Source of the DNA: Microcystaceae cyanobacterium
GTDB lineage: Bacteria; Cyanobacteriota; Cyanobacteriia; Cyanobacteriales; Microcystaceae
NCBI GenBank assembly: GCA_041746575.1
Contig: JBGTGT010000054.1
Span: 8,020 to 72,019, forward strand
DNA length: 64,000 bases
Direction of reading: 5' to 3'
The notes beneath the pieces were generated by a model. The model ran no database searches. It was given only the letters and a program-made list of their open reading frames with translations, and was not told where the DNA came from. Both the position numbers and the translations under genes were made by a program. Shown here in pieces: positions 20,032 through 29,509 of this stretch (positions are counted from its first letter, which is position 1; every line of letters starts with the position of its first letter).

Positions 20032-20577
20032 ATGGCGATCGCAAGTCTTTATTTGGCTCAGTATTGTTTTGATACACATTATATTTTACCCAATTCACAG
20101 AAATATGTTTCTGTTTCTTATTGACAACATCTTCCCTTAGATAAACGACACACCCTTCAGCTAATTTATGCTCATAAAGTTATCATTAATGGTGAGATCA
20201 AAAGTACAGGAACAAAGTGGAAGAGTTCGTTGACAACTAAACGGGGGCAACAATTAACAGATGCCAGTATTACTGATCCTGAATTTGTCAAAAAATTAGA
20301 TAATAACTATCTTCCTAGCAATCCTTGTCTTGTTCCCGTTAGTTTTAGTATGCCCCATCGTCCCCTAAATTGGGAAGGTGATGATCTCTATCGGAAATTG
20401 ATTGCAAGCGTGATAGAGTTATCAAATACTGACTTAATTTTGGTGGCAATGAAGCGAATTAGTTGGACAATTGAGCAGGGGCAAAATTATTGACAACAAA
20501 AATATTTTAAGCAATCAGGCAAACAGTTAACTGATTATGAAATTCAAGAATTTTTATATTATTTAAAGTCTCAATAG
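20032..20577 (+). pseudogene. Probably 5'-truncated dual-OB-domain-like gene with two in-frame TGA codons
   Basis: One frame from ATG 20032 to TAG 20577 with TGA at 20122 and 20491: ...KYVSVSY*QHLPLDKRHTLQLI...DASITDPEF...PCLVPVSFSMPHRP...KLIASVIEL...GQNY*QQKY...LTDYEIQEFLYYLK. Confidence 0.65.
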
Positions 20578-20604
20578 ATGAAGATCGCTATCTATTTTCA
20601 TCTC

Positions 20605-22692
20605 CTAATTAATCTTAATCACCTCTTTAAATTCTAAATGCTGTTCAATCTCTTGAGGCGATAACCACACCGATCGCATTTTTCCCTGAGAATAAAGGGA
20701 TAATTGATCGCCTTTATGAATCGAATTCGGTTGACTGGCATTGCCATAAATCGTTAATGCTTTCGCTTCAATAGTATCGGCAAATTCCACTGCCATCATA
20801 AAGCTATCTCCCCCTACCCCTTTAAACTGTTCATCTTTCGTTCGTCCGATTTCTATCACCTGAAAACTGCCTAATCGTCCTGAAGCACCGTTAGCGGCGA
20901 CATCTTGCTTTCCTTCTCGCAAATGAACAACATCACCCCAAGAAACATCTAATTTGCCGTATAATAGCTTAATTTGGGCGGCAACTCCTTCTAAAACAGC
21001 TAAGGCTGTGTTAATATCCCTTAAACCGGTAGGGGTGTTCAGAGGATCATCGGGATTCCATGGTTTTGAGAAAATTCCAGAGGATTCAAGTGTTAATGCC
21101 CATAGGGTGAATAATAAAGTTCCTTTACTATCAGGATTAGCACTTCTATCCCATTTTTGCAATACTTCCGCCGCTTCAACCCCAATGGGATTCGCTAACG
21201 CCTTGGCAGTCGGCACTAAGATAGCCAAAATCCGGTCTGCCATTTCCAGATAAGAGGTGAATTTTTGTTCAACAATTGCATCTAAGCTAAATTTTGGGCT
21301 ATTTAACAGCATTTTCAATGATCGCTGAGTTCGTAAAATACTAGAAACAGATCCTAAGTTTGAGGGGGCAAAATAAGCAGGGTAATCTTTTGGGTTCAAA
21401 ATGGGCGGAAAAGTACTAGTCCAAGGAGGATCATTCGTATTTTGTAACCATCCTGTTTGAGGGTTCACCAGACGGGGTAAATCTTTATAAGGGTGATAAT
21501 CTTGCCAAAGAGTTTTAGGTGTATTCCCTGACAAGATGTCTGATGTCGTCGCCTCATTTTCGGGTCTTTGTGGGATTAATCCATGGTAAATATAGGCAAT
21601 ATTGCCCGTTTTATCAGCATAAAGAATATTAAATAAAGGTATCTGTAATTTACTCAAGGCCGTTTCAAATTTTTCTAAATTACTGGCGTTTGCCATCTCC
21701 CATAATTGTTTAATGCCTCCTGAGCGATCCAAACCCGTTACCCTCAAAGCATAGGCTTTATCCCCTTTCTCCTGAATAATAACCCCCTGAATTGAAGATT
21801 TTATGGGCAAATCGACGGTAAAATACTGATTATTTCCCTGATTGACTTTTATTTTTGCAATTTTTTCATTAAATGCTTTAGTTTTCCCTTCCCATTGATA
21901 GCCTTTTTCCTGTAAGGTTAACTCGTAAATATCTACCCCATCGATAGGATTAACCGTAATTGTCCATCCCAAGTGATCATTAAAAGCGATCGCTAACACG
22001 GGGAAACCCACTAAGGTTGCGCCATATAACTGCAAATCAGGCGTTTTGAGGTGAACTTCAACCCAGCGGTATAAATCTAACCAAGGGACATGGGGATTTG
22101 CTAATAATAATGTATTGTTTGTGGTCGATTTTGAAGGAGCGATCGCCCAAGCATTTGAGCCTTTGTCTGAAAGCGAGGTTTGCAGCGTATTCACCTGTTG
22201 CGGGTTTGTAACGAAGTGAAAATGAATCACATTCTGCCAATGGGCTAAAATATCAACCCCAGTAATCGGTAAAACCGCTTTTAAGGAGGGATCAACGGCT
22301 TGAGGGTGTTTTTTGAGGTAATCGTTAATTCCTTGAGCAAATAAAGCTAAATTTTGGCGCATTTCTGGATTTTGTTCAGTATACCATTGTTTAGCTCGGT
22401 CTGGAATGCCCATCGTTCTGACATACTGATCAGAGGATAGATAGGAGACACCCCAGTATTCCGCCGCCCGTCCTCTCGATTGTCCGTATAATTTAAGCAG
22501 TAAATTGCCATGATTGTACGCTTGCGCCCATCCTAGGCTATAAAATAGCTGTTTTGGGTTTTTTGCGGTGATATGGGGAACTCCCCATTGATCCCACCTT
22601 ATTTCTGTAGTATCGAGACTCTGAATCGGAAGAACAAAGGTGATTAAGAGAAAGACAATGGACAAAAAAAGGGTTAAGAATCGAGTTTTCAC
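20605..22692 (-). CDS. Penicillin acylase family Ntn hydrolase (AHL acylase-like), secreted
   Basis: IRWDQWGVPHI, beta-chain start SNAWAIAP, LLANPH and signal peptide. Confidence 0.9.
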   Translation of the reverse strand: MKTRFLTLFLSIVFLLITFVLPIQSLDTTEIRWDQWGVPHITAKNPKQLFYSLGWAQAYNHGNLLLKLYGQSRGRAAEYWGVSYLSSDQYVRTMGIPDRAKQWYTEQNPEMRQNLALFAQGINDYLKKHPQAVDPSLKAVLPITGVDILAHWQNVIHFHFVTNPQQVNTLQTSLSDKGSNAWAIAPSKSTTNNTLLLANPHVPWLDLYRWVEVHLKTPDLQLYGATLVGFPVLAIAFNDHLGWTITVNPIDGVDIYELTLQEKGYQWEGKTKAFNEKIAKIKVNQGNNQYFTVDLPIKSSIQGVIIQEKGDKAYALRVTGLDRSGGIKQLWEMANASNLEKFETALSKLQIPLFNILYADKTGNIAYIYHGLIPQRPENEATTSDILSGNTPKTLWQDYHPYKDLPRLVNPQTGWLQNTNDPPWTSTFPPILNPKDYPAYFAPSNLGSVSSILRTQRSLKMLLNSPKFSLDAIVEQKFTSYLEMADRILAILVPTAKALANPIGVEAAEVLQKWDRSANPDSKGTLLFTLWALTLESSGIFSKPWNPDDPLNTPTGLRDINTALAVLEGVAAQIKLLYGKLDVSWGDVVHLREGKQDVAANGASGRLGSFQVIEIGRTKDEQFKGVGGDSFMMAVEFADTIEAKALTIYGNASQPNSIHKGDQLSLYSQGKMRSVWLSPQEIEQHLEFKEVIKIN

Positions 22693-22807
22693 AAAAATTG
22701 AGCGACTTAAAGCTAATAAAAGAACTTTCTAAGGTTATAACATAATATTTTAAATATCAGTTAGTTTAAATTGAATTTTGTGGCATTACTGATTAAAGTT
22801 AGAACGT

Positions 22808-23584
22808 TTAACTGTTTGCTTCAATTTCTGAAGTCTTCAGCAATTGAATTAATTTTTGATTTAACAATTCGTAGCCTTTTTGATTAAGATGAAGTAAGTC
22901 TCTAGCGTATTCTTTTTTTACTTTCCCACTCTCTTGTAGCAAGGTATAAGCATCTAAAACACTGACATTTTTTAGGGATGTTAAAGTATAAATAAACTGG
23001 TTGACAGACTGAATTCCTGCTTCAATTTCGGGTAAGCTGGCCCAAGTGACTAGCCATTGCTGAGGGAGCGGTTGATCAGCCAGAGGAAAGAGAGTCGTTA
23101 CAATAACTTTTGCTGAAATTTTTTCTGCTTTTTGAATGATCTTCAAAACATTATTTTGACAATTTATCACAATATCTTGATAAGGAATAGCGGGCAATGG
23201 CTTCATTCGTAAATCGTTAACCCCGAATTGGACAACGATAATATTCGGTTTCAAATAACTAATATGATCTTGAAATCTTAAATAACTTTGCCCTGTCGTT
23301 TCTCCACCGATTCCCCGATTGATGAATTCAAATCCCCTTAAGGTTGGACTGAGCCATTGTTCACTACGAGAATCCCCAAAAAAGACGACTCTTATTTTAT
23401 CTTTAGTCGTTTCTGCTGTTTTATCTAAGTCTGAAGTGGGATAATACTTTAAATTAACTGGATTCACGTTCAGATCATTAATTTTCAAATAAGCAAAATT
23501 TAATTTTTTAAACAACCAAAAGTTAAAAACAAGAGAAATAATCAATAAAGCCAAAATTAGATATCGCCACAAAAATTTTAACAT
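22808..23584 (-). CDS. SGNH/GDSL hydrolase, N-terminally membrane anchored
   Basis: FFGDS, NRGIGG, GVND and DLLHLN blocks. Confidence 0.88.
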   Translation of the reverse strand: MLKFLWRYLILALLIISLVFNFWLFKKLNFAYLKINDLNVNPVNLKYYPTSDLDKTAETTKDKIRVVFFGDSRSEQWLSPTLRGFEFINRGIGGETTGQSYLRFQDHISYLKPNIIVVQFGVNDLRMKPLPAIPYQDIVINCQNNVLKIIQKAEKISAKVIVTTLFPLADQPLPQQWLVTWASLPEIEAGIQSVNQFIYTLTSLKNVSVLDAYTLLQESGKVKKEYARDLLHLNQKGYELLNQKLIQLLKTSEIEANS

Positions 23585-23857
23585 ATTGTTCTTTTTAAAC
23601 TATTTAATCTTTAATTATAAATTTAGTTTTAAATAATAGAAAACTAACACAAACCCAGTAAAAATAAAACAACTATATTACGTTTTGCCAATAATTGATT
23701 GAAAAAAAATCAGGAACAGAGATGAGTGATTGCTCATTGATTGAGATAAATATATCATAACAATAGGCATTAAAGTTGCGATAAATTCAACTCAAAACGA
23801 GAATTTCTATGCTTTATTTTGTTATATTAACGGTTAGCGATTGATCGATTCACTGTT

Positions 23858-24751
23858 ATGATATCCCCATCTTCCTCTCAATCTAAATCTACCCTATGGA
23901 CAGTTATTCGCCTATTGCGCTGGGATAAGCCTGCTGGAAGGTTGATTTTGATGATTCCTGCCCTGTGGGGTGTTTTTTTAGCGGCAAAGGCTACGCCTCC
24001 CCTTCCCCTCGTGGGAGTTATTATTTTAGGCACATTGGCCACCAGTGCGGCAGGATGTGTTATTAATGACCTATGGGATCGTGACATTGACCCGCAAGTA
24101 GAAAGAACGCGTCAGCGTCCCCTTGCTTCTCGCACTTTATCGGTGAAAGTCGGCATTATTATTGCCTTAATAGCCTTCGTTTGTGCGTTAACCTTAGCCT
24201 TTTACCTTAATCCTTTCAGTAATCCCTTATGTTTTGCATTATGTGTGACTGCTGTTCCATTGATTATCGGTTATCCGCTAGCCAAGCGTTTTTTTGCCAT
24301 TCCTCAGCTTTTTCTCTCCGTTGCTTGGGGATTTGCCGTTTTAATTAGTTGGACGGCTGTAACAGGGCAATTAACTGAAGCGGCTTGGGTATTATGGGGG
24401 GCAACCCTCTGCTGGACACTGGGATTTGATACGATTTATGCCATGTCAGATCGGGAAGATGATGCTAAATTAGGGATTAATTCAAGTGCGTTATTTTTTG
24501 GTCAATATGCCCCTGAAGCAGTCGGGGTTTGTTTTGCCAGCACTATCGCTTTATTTGCGTATTTAGGTACGATTACCCCTTTTAATGGTTTATTTTGGGT
24601 GGCTTGGGCATTATCGGTTGTGCTTTGGGTATCTCAGTATATCAAACTGATGCAACCCAATTTATCCAGAGAAGTGTACGGTCAACTTTTTGGTCAAAAT
24701 GTGATCATTGGGTTTATTTTATTAGCAGGAATAATTATCGGTTTGCAGTGA
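23858..24751 (+). CDS. plqA: 4-hydroxybenzoate solanesyltransferase (UbiA family)
   Basis: RWDKPAG, NDLWDRDIDPQVERTRQRPLAS and FDTIYAMSDREDD. Confidence 0.93.
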   Translation: MISPSSSQSKSTLWTVIRLLRWDKPAGRLILMIPALWGVFLAAKATPPLPLVGVIILGTLATSAAGCVINDLWDRDIDPQVERTRQRPLASRTLSVKVGIIIALIAFVCALTLAFYLNPFSNPLCFALCVTAVPLIIGYPLAKRFFAIPQLFLSVAWGFAVLISWTAVTGQLTEAAWVLWGATLCWTLGFDTIYAMSDREDDAKLGINSSALFFGQYAPEAVGVCFASTIALFAYLGTITPFNGLFWVAWALSVVLWVSQYIKLMQPNLSREVYGQLFGQNVIIGFILLAGIIIGLQ

Positions 24752-24854
24752 AGTACCCCACCGTGTAGATGGGGCGCACTTTCGCTCAAGGCGTTATTGT
24801 CTTGATACACTGTGTTTCAACTGTTTCTTTAGGCGTAGATTTGGACAATTCTTG
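24748..24854 (-). mobile_element. 107-bp non-autonomous IS200/IS605-type element (PATE-like)
   Basis: Minus strand TTTAT|CAAGAA...GCGCCCCATCTACACGGTGGGGTACTTCAC| with a subterminal hairpin and no target duplication. Removing it gives plqA ...TTG CAA TAA. Confidence 0.65.
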
Positions 24855-24866
24855 ATAAAACACTAA

Positions 24867-25967
24867 TCAGGTTGACGGTCTACTAGAAATTACCGCTAAG
24901 ACAGCCAAAAACCCATTAATCAGGTAAAATGTGCCAACAATTTGGGTTTCCGTCCACCCACTCAATTCTAAATGATGGTGTAGCGGTGCCATTTTGAATA
25001 ACCGTTTCCCTTTGCCTTCCGCGTCTTTCGTCGCTTTGTAATAGCTGACTTGGGCAATCACCGAGAGAGATTCAAGGAAAAATAAGCCGCTCACTAAAAA
25101 TAAGCCCCATAATTGCCCACTGAGGACACCAACTGCCCCCAATGCTCCCCCCAGTGCTAAAGACCCTGTATCCCCCATAAAAACCCTTGCAGGGTTGCGA
25201 TTATGCCCAATAAAACCAAAACAGCCCCCCGTCATACAAAGACAGAATAGGGCTAAATTCGGTGAGTTTGGAAAGACCAATGCGGCCATTCCTAAGAAAG
25301 CAAGGGCGCAAGTGCCACCGGCTAAGCCATCTACACCATCCGTTAGGTTAGTGGCGTTACTCTCAGCAACAAGGATAAATCCGGCTAAAACCCAGTAAAA
25401 TAAGCCCAATGGTATAATAATTTTCAAGGGGAAAGCAAGGGTGGTCAAATTAGGCGATTGATGCCAAAAGACCCAAATACAGAAGGCAACACCGATAAGA
25501 ATCTGTAAAATTAACTTCATACGGGGTGAAATGCCCTTATTGGACTGTTGACGCAGAATCTGCCAGTCATCGTACCAACCAATCCCCATATAAGCAAGCG
25601 TGACTAAGCAAATCGCCACCACATCAAGATTGCCCTTGGTAACCAGTAAAGCAGTGGCAACGGCCACAGGAATAAAGAAAATTCCCCCCATGGTCGGTGT
25701 TCCGGCTTTTTTAAGGTGGGTTTGGGGGCCATCTTCTTGGATAACTTGACCCGCTTTAACCCGTTGTAACCAAGGAACTATCATAACGCCTAAAAGGCCA
25801 CTCACCCCACTGGTAACCGCCATCACAAGCAACCATTGAGTGAGGGAAGTTTCGGGGGTAATTTGGCTAAAAAAGAGCGTCAATAAGCCAATGAGTCCCC
25901 CTAACAGCCCAAATAACTGCTTTCCGGTCGGGGATTTTAGAGCATTTGGGGCAAATTTAGCGTCCAC
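24867..25967 (-). CDS. mraY: Phospho-N-acetylmuramoyl-pentapeptide transferase
   Basis: KAGTPTMGG, NATNLTDGVDGLA, VFMGDTGS and MAPLHHHLE; probable GTG start 25967. Confidence 0.96.
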   Translation of the reverse strand: MDAKFAPNALKSPTGKQLFGLLGGLIGLLTLFFSQITPETSLTQWLLVMAVTSGVSGLLGVMIVPWLQRVKAGQVIQEDGPQTHLKKAGTPTMGGIFFIPVAVATALLVTKGNLDVVAICLVTLAYMGIGWYDDWQILRQQSNKGISPRMKLILQILIGVAFCIWVFWHQSPNLTTLAFPLKIIIPLGLFYWVLAGFILVAESNATNLTDGVDGLAGGTCALAFLGMAALVFPNSPNLALFCLCMTGGCFGFIGHNRNPARVFMGDTGSLALGGALGAVGVLSGQLWGLFLVSGLFFLESLSVIAQVSYYKATKDAEGKGKRLFKMAPLHHHLELSGWTETQIVGTFYLINGFLAVLAVISSRPST

Positions 25968-26026
25968 GAGTTCCTCACACAATTGTTTTGCAGATAAGAC
26001 GTAGCAAGGCAACCTTTAGTTACCGA

Positions 26027-26272
26027 TTAACCCTCTTCTTCTAGGGTGAGATCATCATCATCATCATCACCATCACTATATATCGTATCGTCATTGTCAA
26101 TAAAATCGGATAAATCCACATCTTCAGCGTTGGTCTCCTCCTTTTCAACTTTATCGCGGGGGATTAAGCGGTTGGTCTCAATTAACCAATCAATTAGGGA
26201 TGTACCTGTTTTGACGGGAATGACCGAGGCAGGTTCATAGCGCGCTTCTTGGGTAACGGAAGGATTGTACAT
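26027..26272 (-). CDS. DUF3134 family small acidic protein
   Basis: MYNPS...RYEPASVIP...SLIDWLIETNRL and acidic tail; lies upstream of mraY. Confidence 0.8.
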   Translation of the reverse strand: MYNPSVTQEARYEPASVIPVKTGTSLIDWLIETNRLIPRDKVEKEETNAEDVDLSDFIDNDDTIYSDGDDDDDDLTLEEEG

Positions 26273-26346
26273 AACTTGAGGTTAAGGTTTGACGGATTAA
26301 CTCGGATATTTTGAGTTTAGCATTCTCTCTTGTCATTGCCGAGTGC

Positions 26347-26934
26347 CTAATTTGAAACAATTTCGCTATTGAATTCATTCACGATTCGTCGTCTTAGTTT
26401 AGTAGATTCGGAACGAGGCAATAAATCAAAGACTTCTCGCAAAACATCATCTGTATTTTCGTATTTTGATTGTCCTTGTTCATTGAAGACCACTTTTCCC
26501 TTTTGATTGAGAATGACAGTTTGAGGAATGCCTTTTTGAGCATAATAGTATCCCACTTCATCTTTTTGATAGGAGGATTTGACAGGGATAGAATCTATAG
26601 TTACAGGAATGATACTGGCAGCTTTGCCATAAAATTCTTGTAAACGAGAGACAACGGGCGCATATTGCTTACAATCGCTACAATCATCTACATAATAAAC
26701 AATTATAGCAGGTCTTTCTCGTTTTAAGGATTCCGCTAAATCAAGACGGGGTGGCACGAGAGACCCATTGCCTGCATAAACGACAAAAATATTACCATCG
26801 AGTCTGTCGTCGTCAATAGCAGCAAAAGCAGGAAAATGAAAGCCAAATAAGCTATATAATAGGATAATCGTCACCAAGAATCCGTTTAAAATCCACTTTA
26901 TTCGATTTCCGCATGAATTTAATTGAGTGTTCAT
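26347..26934 (-). CDS. Thioredoxin-fold thylakoid protein (photosystem I accumulation factor family)
   Basis: DGNIFVVYAGNGSLVP, CSDC, IPQTV and DLLPRSES...NEFNSE. Confidence 0.8.
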   Translation of the reverse strand: MNTQLNSCGNRIKWILNGFLVTIILLYSLFGFHFPAFAAIDDDRLDGNIFVVYAGNGSLVPPRLDLAESLKRERPAIIVYYVDDCSDCKQYAPVVSRLQEFYGKAASIIPVTIDSIPVKSSYQKDEVGYYYAQKGIPQTVILNQKGKVVFNEQGQSKYENTDDVLREVFDLLPRSESTKLRRRIVNEFNSEIVSN

Positions 26935-27008
26935 AAATTATTAACCTAAGGTCAGATAACTCCGTTAAAATAAAGGGTCAGTGTGCATCGTGTCGGCCTT
27001 GCTGAATC

Positions 27009-27455
27009 ATGGATAATCAAACCCAGACTCAATCAACCACCAGACCATTGCCTGCCGAAATTCGGATCGCCAATAGTTATTATGCTATCTTAGGGGTCTA
27101 TCCGTCCGCATCACCCATTCAAATTCGTCAAGCTTACCGTCAGTTAAGCAAAAAGTACCATCCTGATACCACTTGTCTTTCTTCGGAAGTAGCAACCGTC
27201 AAATTTCAGAAACTGAATGAAGCGTATGGCGTTTTAAGCAATCCTGAGCGGCGATCGCTGTATGATCTTAAAATCGGTTATTCTCGCTACAATGTCATTC
27301 AACCTCGTTTAGAAGATTCAGCCTATACCCATGATAGTGCGTATCTTGACCCCACCGATCGCCCTCTATCGGGTGGTGAAATATTTGCGTTAATGTTATT
27401 GGGCGCAACGTTTGTGGGATGCTTATTATTAGCGATGATTTTAGCTTTTAGGTAG
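27009..27455 (+). CDS. DnaJ (J-domain) protein with C-terminal TM segment
   Basis: YYAILGV, HPD motif and NEAYGVLSNPERR. Confidence 0.9.
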   Translation: MDNQTQTQSTTRPLPAEIRIANSYYAILGVYPSASPIQIRQAYRQLSKKYHPDTTCLSSEVATVKFQKLNEAYGVLSNPERRSLYDLKIGYSRYNVIQPRLEDSAYTHDSAYLDPTDRPLSGGEIFALMLLGATFVGCLLLAMILAFR

Positions 27456-27591
27456 GAGAATCAAGAGAGTTCGCGAGTCATTAATAAAGCATAATTAATC
27501 ATCGTCTCAGGTTAGAAAAAGAAGCTTCCGATAAATAGTGAGAAATTATTTGGTAAAATGAGATTATTATTCATTTATTTTATTAAATCCG

Positions 27592-27876
27592 ATGTTAACG
27601 GCAATGAAGTTTCCTTCTCCTGATACTCCCCTTTACAACCATTCCCTTCCGGCAATTGAAAAATGGTTATCTCAACTGGGGTGTCAACAAAACGCAGAAA
27701 ATTTGAGCTGTTGGACCGTTCAACGAATCAATTGGCAAGCAGAAATTATTTTAGAAACTGAAGAAATCGTGGTATCTTATCTAAAAGCTGGGGCAGATGG
27801 TAGTGATATTTATCGGGCATTTAAATATTCTTTAAGTCGCAAAGATGTAGAGGATGCTATTTTTGCAGGCCCTTGA
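27592..27876 (+). CDS. DUF3143 domain protein
   Basis: TPLYNHSLPAIEKWL...FKYSLSRKDVEDAIFAGP. Confidence 0.85.
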   Translation: MLTAMKFPSPDTPLYNHSLPAIEKWLSQLGCQQNAENLSCWTVQRINWQAEIILETEEIVVSYLKAGADGSDIYRAFKYSLSRKDVEDAIFAGP

Positions 27877-27896
27877 TTTTTGGAAGGTTTCCACTG

Positions 27897-28712
27897 ATGA
27901 CTTACTGGTATGACGGTCAACTCATTGAAGAGGATAAAATTGTCTTAGAAATAACTCATCTAGGCTTAATTTATGGGGCAAATACTTTTACAACCTTGCG
28001 AATTTATAACCAGCAATTAAACCATCCTTTAACCCATTGGTCAGCTCATCTCAATCGTTTAAAAAACAGTTTAAAAACCTTTGGCTGGTCTTTTAATCAT
28101 TGGTCAAGATTACAAACAGAAGTCGAAATTTTAGGACAAACTTATCCAATACTTAGAATCGTCATTTTTCCAGATGAAAAAGAATGGATAACGGGACGAT
28201 ATTTAACCAATAATTTAAGTCAATTGCAACAACAAGGGGTTAGAGGATGGGTTGCCCAAGATAGACTGTTTGCGCGTTCATTAGAAAGTCACAAAACGGG
28301 CAATTATCTAGGGGCATGGTTAGCTTTGCAGAAAGCACAGGAGTATGACGCAAGAGAAGGAATTTTAGTAGATTCTCATCAAAATTGGTTAGAAAGCTGC
28401 ACTGGTAATTTATGGGGATGGAAAGCAGGAAAATGGTACACTCCTAACGTCAATTCGATTTTACCCGGCATTGTGCGATCGCATTTAATAACATGGTTAA
28501 ATCAGAACAAGATTCCTGTCGTCGAAAATCAATGGACACCCAAATTTATCCAAGATTTAGACTCGATTGCTTATAGTAATTGTGGGGTTGAAGTCATCCC
28601 TTTTAGTCAAATTATTAATGGAGATAAAGTTCACTTATTTGATCCTTCTCACCCTCGTTTGCAAGATTTATTTTCTTATTTTCAAGTTTATCACTCAGAA
28701 CAATTTTTATAA
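27897..28712 (+). CDS. Class IV aminotransferase / aminodeoxychorismate lyase-like
   Basis: YGANTFTT, HLNRL, HKTGNY, ESCTGNL and ILPGIVR. Confidence 0.85.
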   Translation: MTYWYDGQLIEEDKIVLEITHLGLIYGANTFTTLRIYNQQLNHPLTHWSAHLNRLKNSLKTFGWSFNHWSRLQTEVEILGQTYPILRIVIFPDEKEWITGRYLTNNLSQLQQQGVRGWVAQDRLFARSLESHKTGNYLGAWLALQKAQEYDAREGILVDSHQNWLESCTGNLWGWKAGKWYTPNVNSILPGIVRSHLITWLNQNKIPVVENQWTPKFIQDLDSIAYSNCGVEVIPFSQIINGDKVHLFDPSHPRLQDLFSYFQVYHSEQFL

Positions 28713-28737
28713 TCATTCAAACAAACTAGCAATATTC

Positions 28738-29508
28738 TTAACCTTTATACCACGCAGAGGCGGTTTCTGTTCCTTTATTGGTGGGTTGATGAAAAGTATA
28801 GCTTAGCCAAGTGATAGGACTTAAAGCAAGACACAAAGCCTCTCGTTTGAAGGGGGATAAATGGGAAAAAGCGACATCATGGCAAAGAACAGTTATCGGA
28901 TTAATAAAAGTTGCAATTTTTTGGCAAGGCAAATCTATCAGCATTTTGAGTTCATCTAAAGTATAGCCCCGTCTAACATGACCCCATTCTTGCATCATAT
29001 CGGTATCTTCAGGACACCAATTTTTCATAAACTTATAGTAGGGAAAACGCCAGTTTTCATTAGGAGTACTCACTAAAATAAATCCGTTGGGTTTCAATAC
29101 CCTTTTTGCTTCAAAAATTGCTTTTTCATGGTCGGAAATATGTTCAAGAACATCAAACATGGTGATAGCATCAAAAGACTCATTTTCAAAAGGTAATTGA
29201 GTAGCATCTCCACAGACAAATTTAATATTTTCCTGTTGATTGCACGGTGCATTTCCATAGTCTGGATTAAAGTCCAAATTAGTAATTTTTGCTTGAGGAT
29301 AAAGCAGAGAAGTTAATCCACTTTTCCCACCTCCCACTTCTAAAATATTTTGAAAGGACTGAGCCGGAGAAATACGATAAATGGCTCGCATTTTTTCTCG
29401 GTAAAAAAAGCCTTGTGTTAAAGGATGTGGGAAAGGATTATGGCTCAAAAATTGAGAAAGAGACGTTTTATAGATTGTCATATTATTTTGAGGCTTTAAA
29501 TTTATCAT
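28738..29508 (-). CDS. Class I SAM-dependent methyltransferase
   Basis: ILEVGGG, DATQLPF, FDVLEH and RVLKPNG. Confidence 0.88.
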   Translation of the reverse strand: MINLKPQNNMTIYKTSLSQFLSHNPFPHPLTQGFFYREKMRAIYRISPAQSFQNILEVGGGKSGLTSLLYPQAKITNLDFNPDYGNAPCNQQENIKFVCGDATQLPFENESFDAITMFDVLEHISDHEKAIFEAKRVLKPNGFILVSTPNENWRFPYYKFMKNWCPEDTDMMQEWGHVRRGYTLDELKMLIDLPCQKIATFINPITVLCHDVAFSHLSPFKREALCLALSPITWLSYTFHQPTNKGTETASAWYKG

Positions 29509-29509
29509 A

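Noticed and set aside
20122..20493. Selenocysteine recoding of the two TGA codons
   Set aside because: No obvious SECIS-like hairpin after either TGA, and the positions do not look like Cys/redox sites.
26051..26069. (ATC)n microsatellite
   Set aside because: Encodes the poly-Asp tail of the DUF3134 protein on the minus strand.
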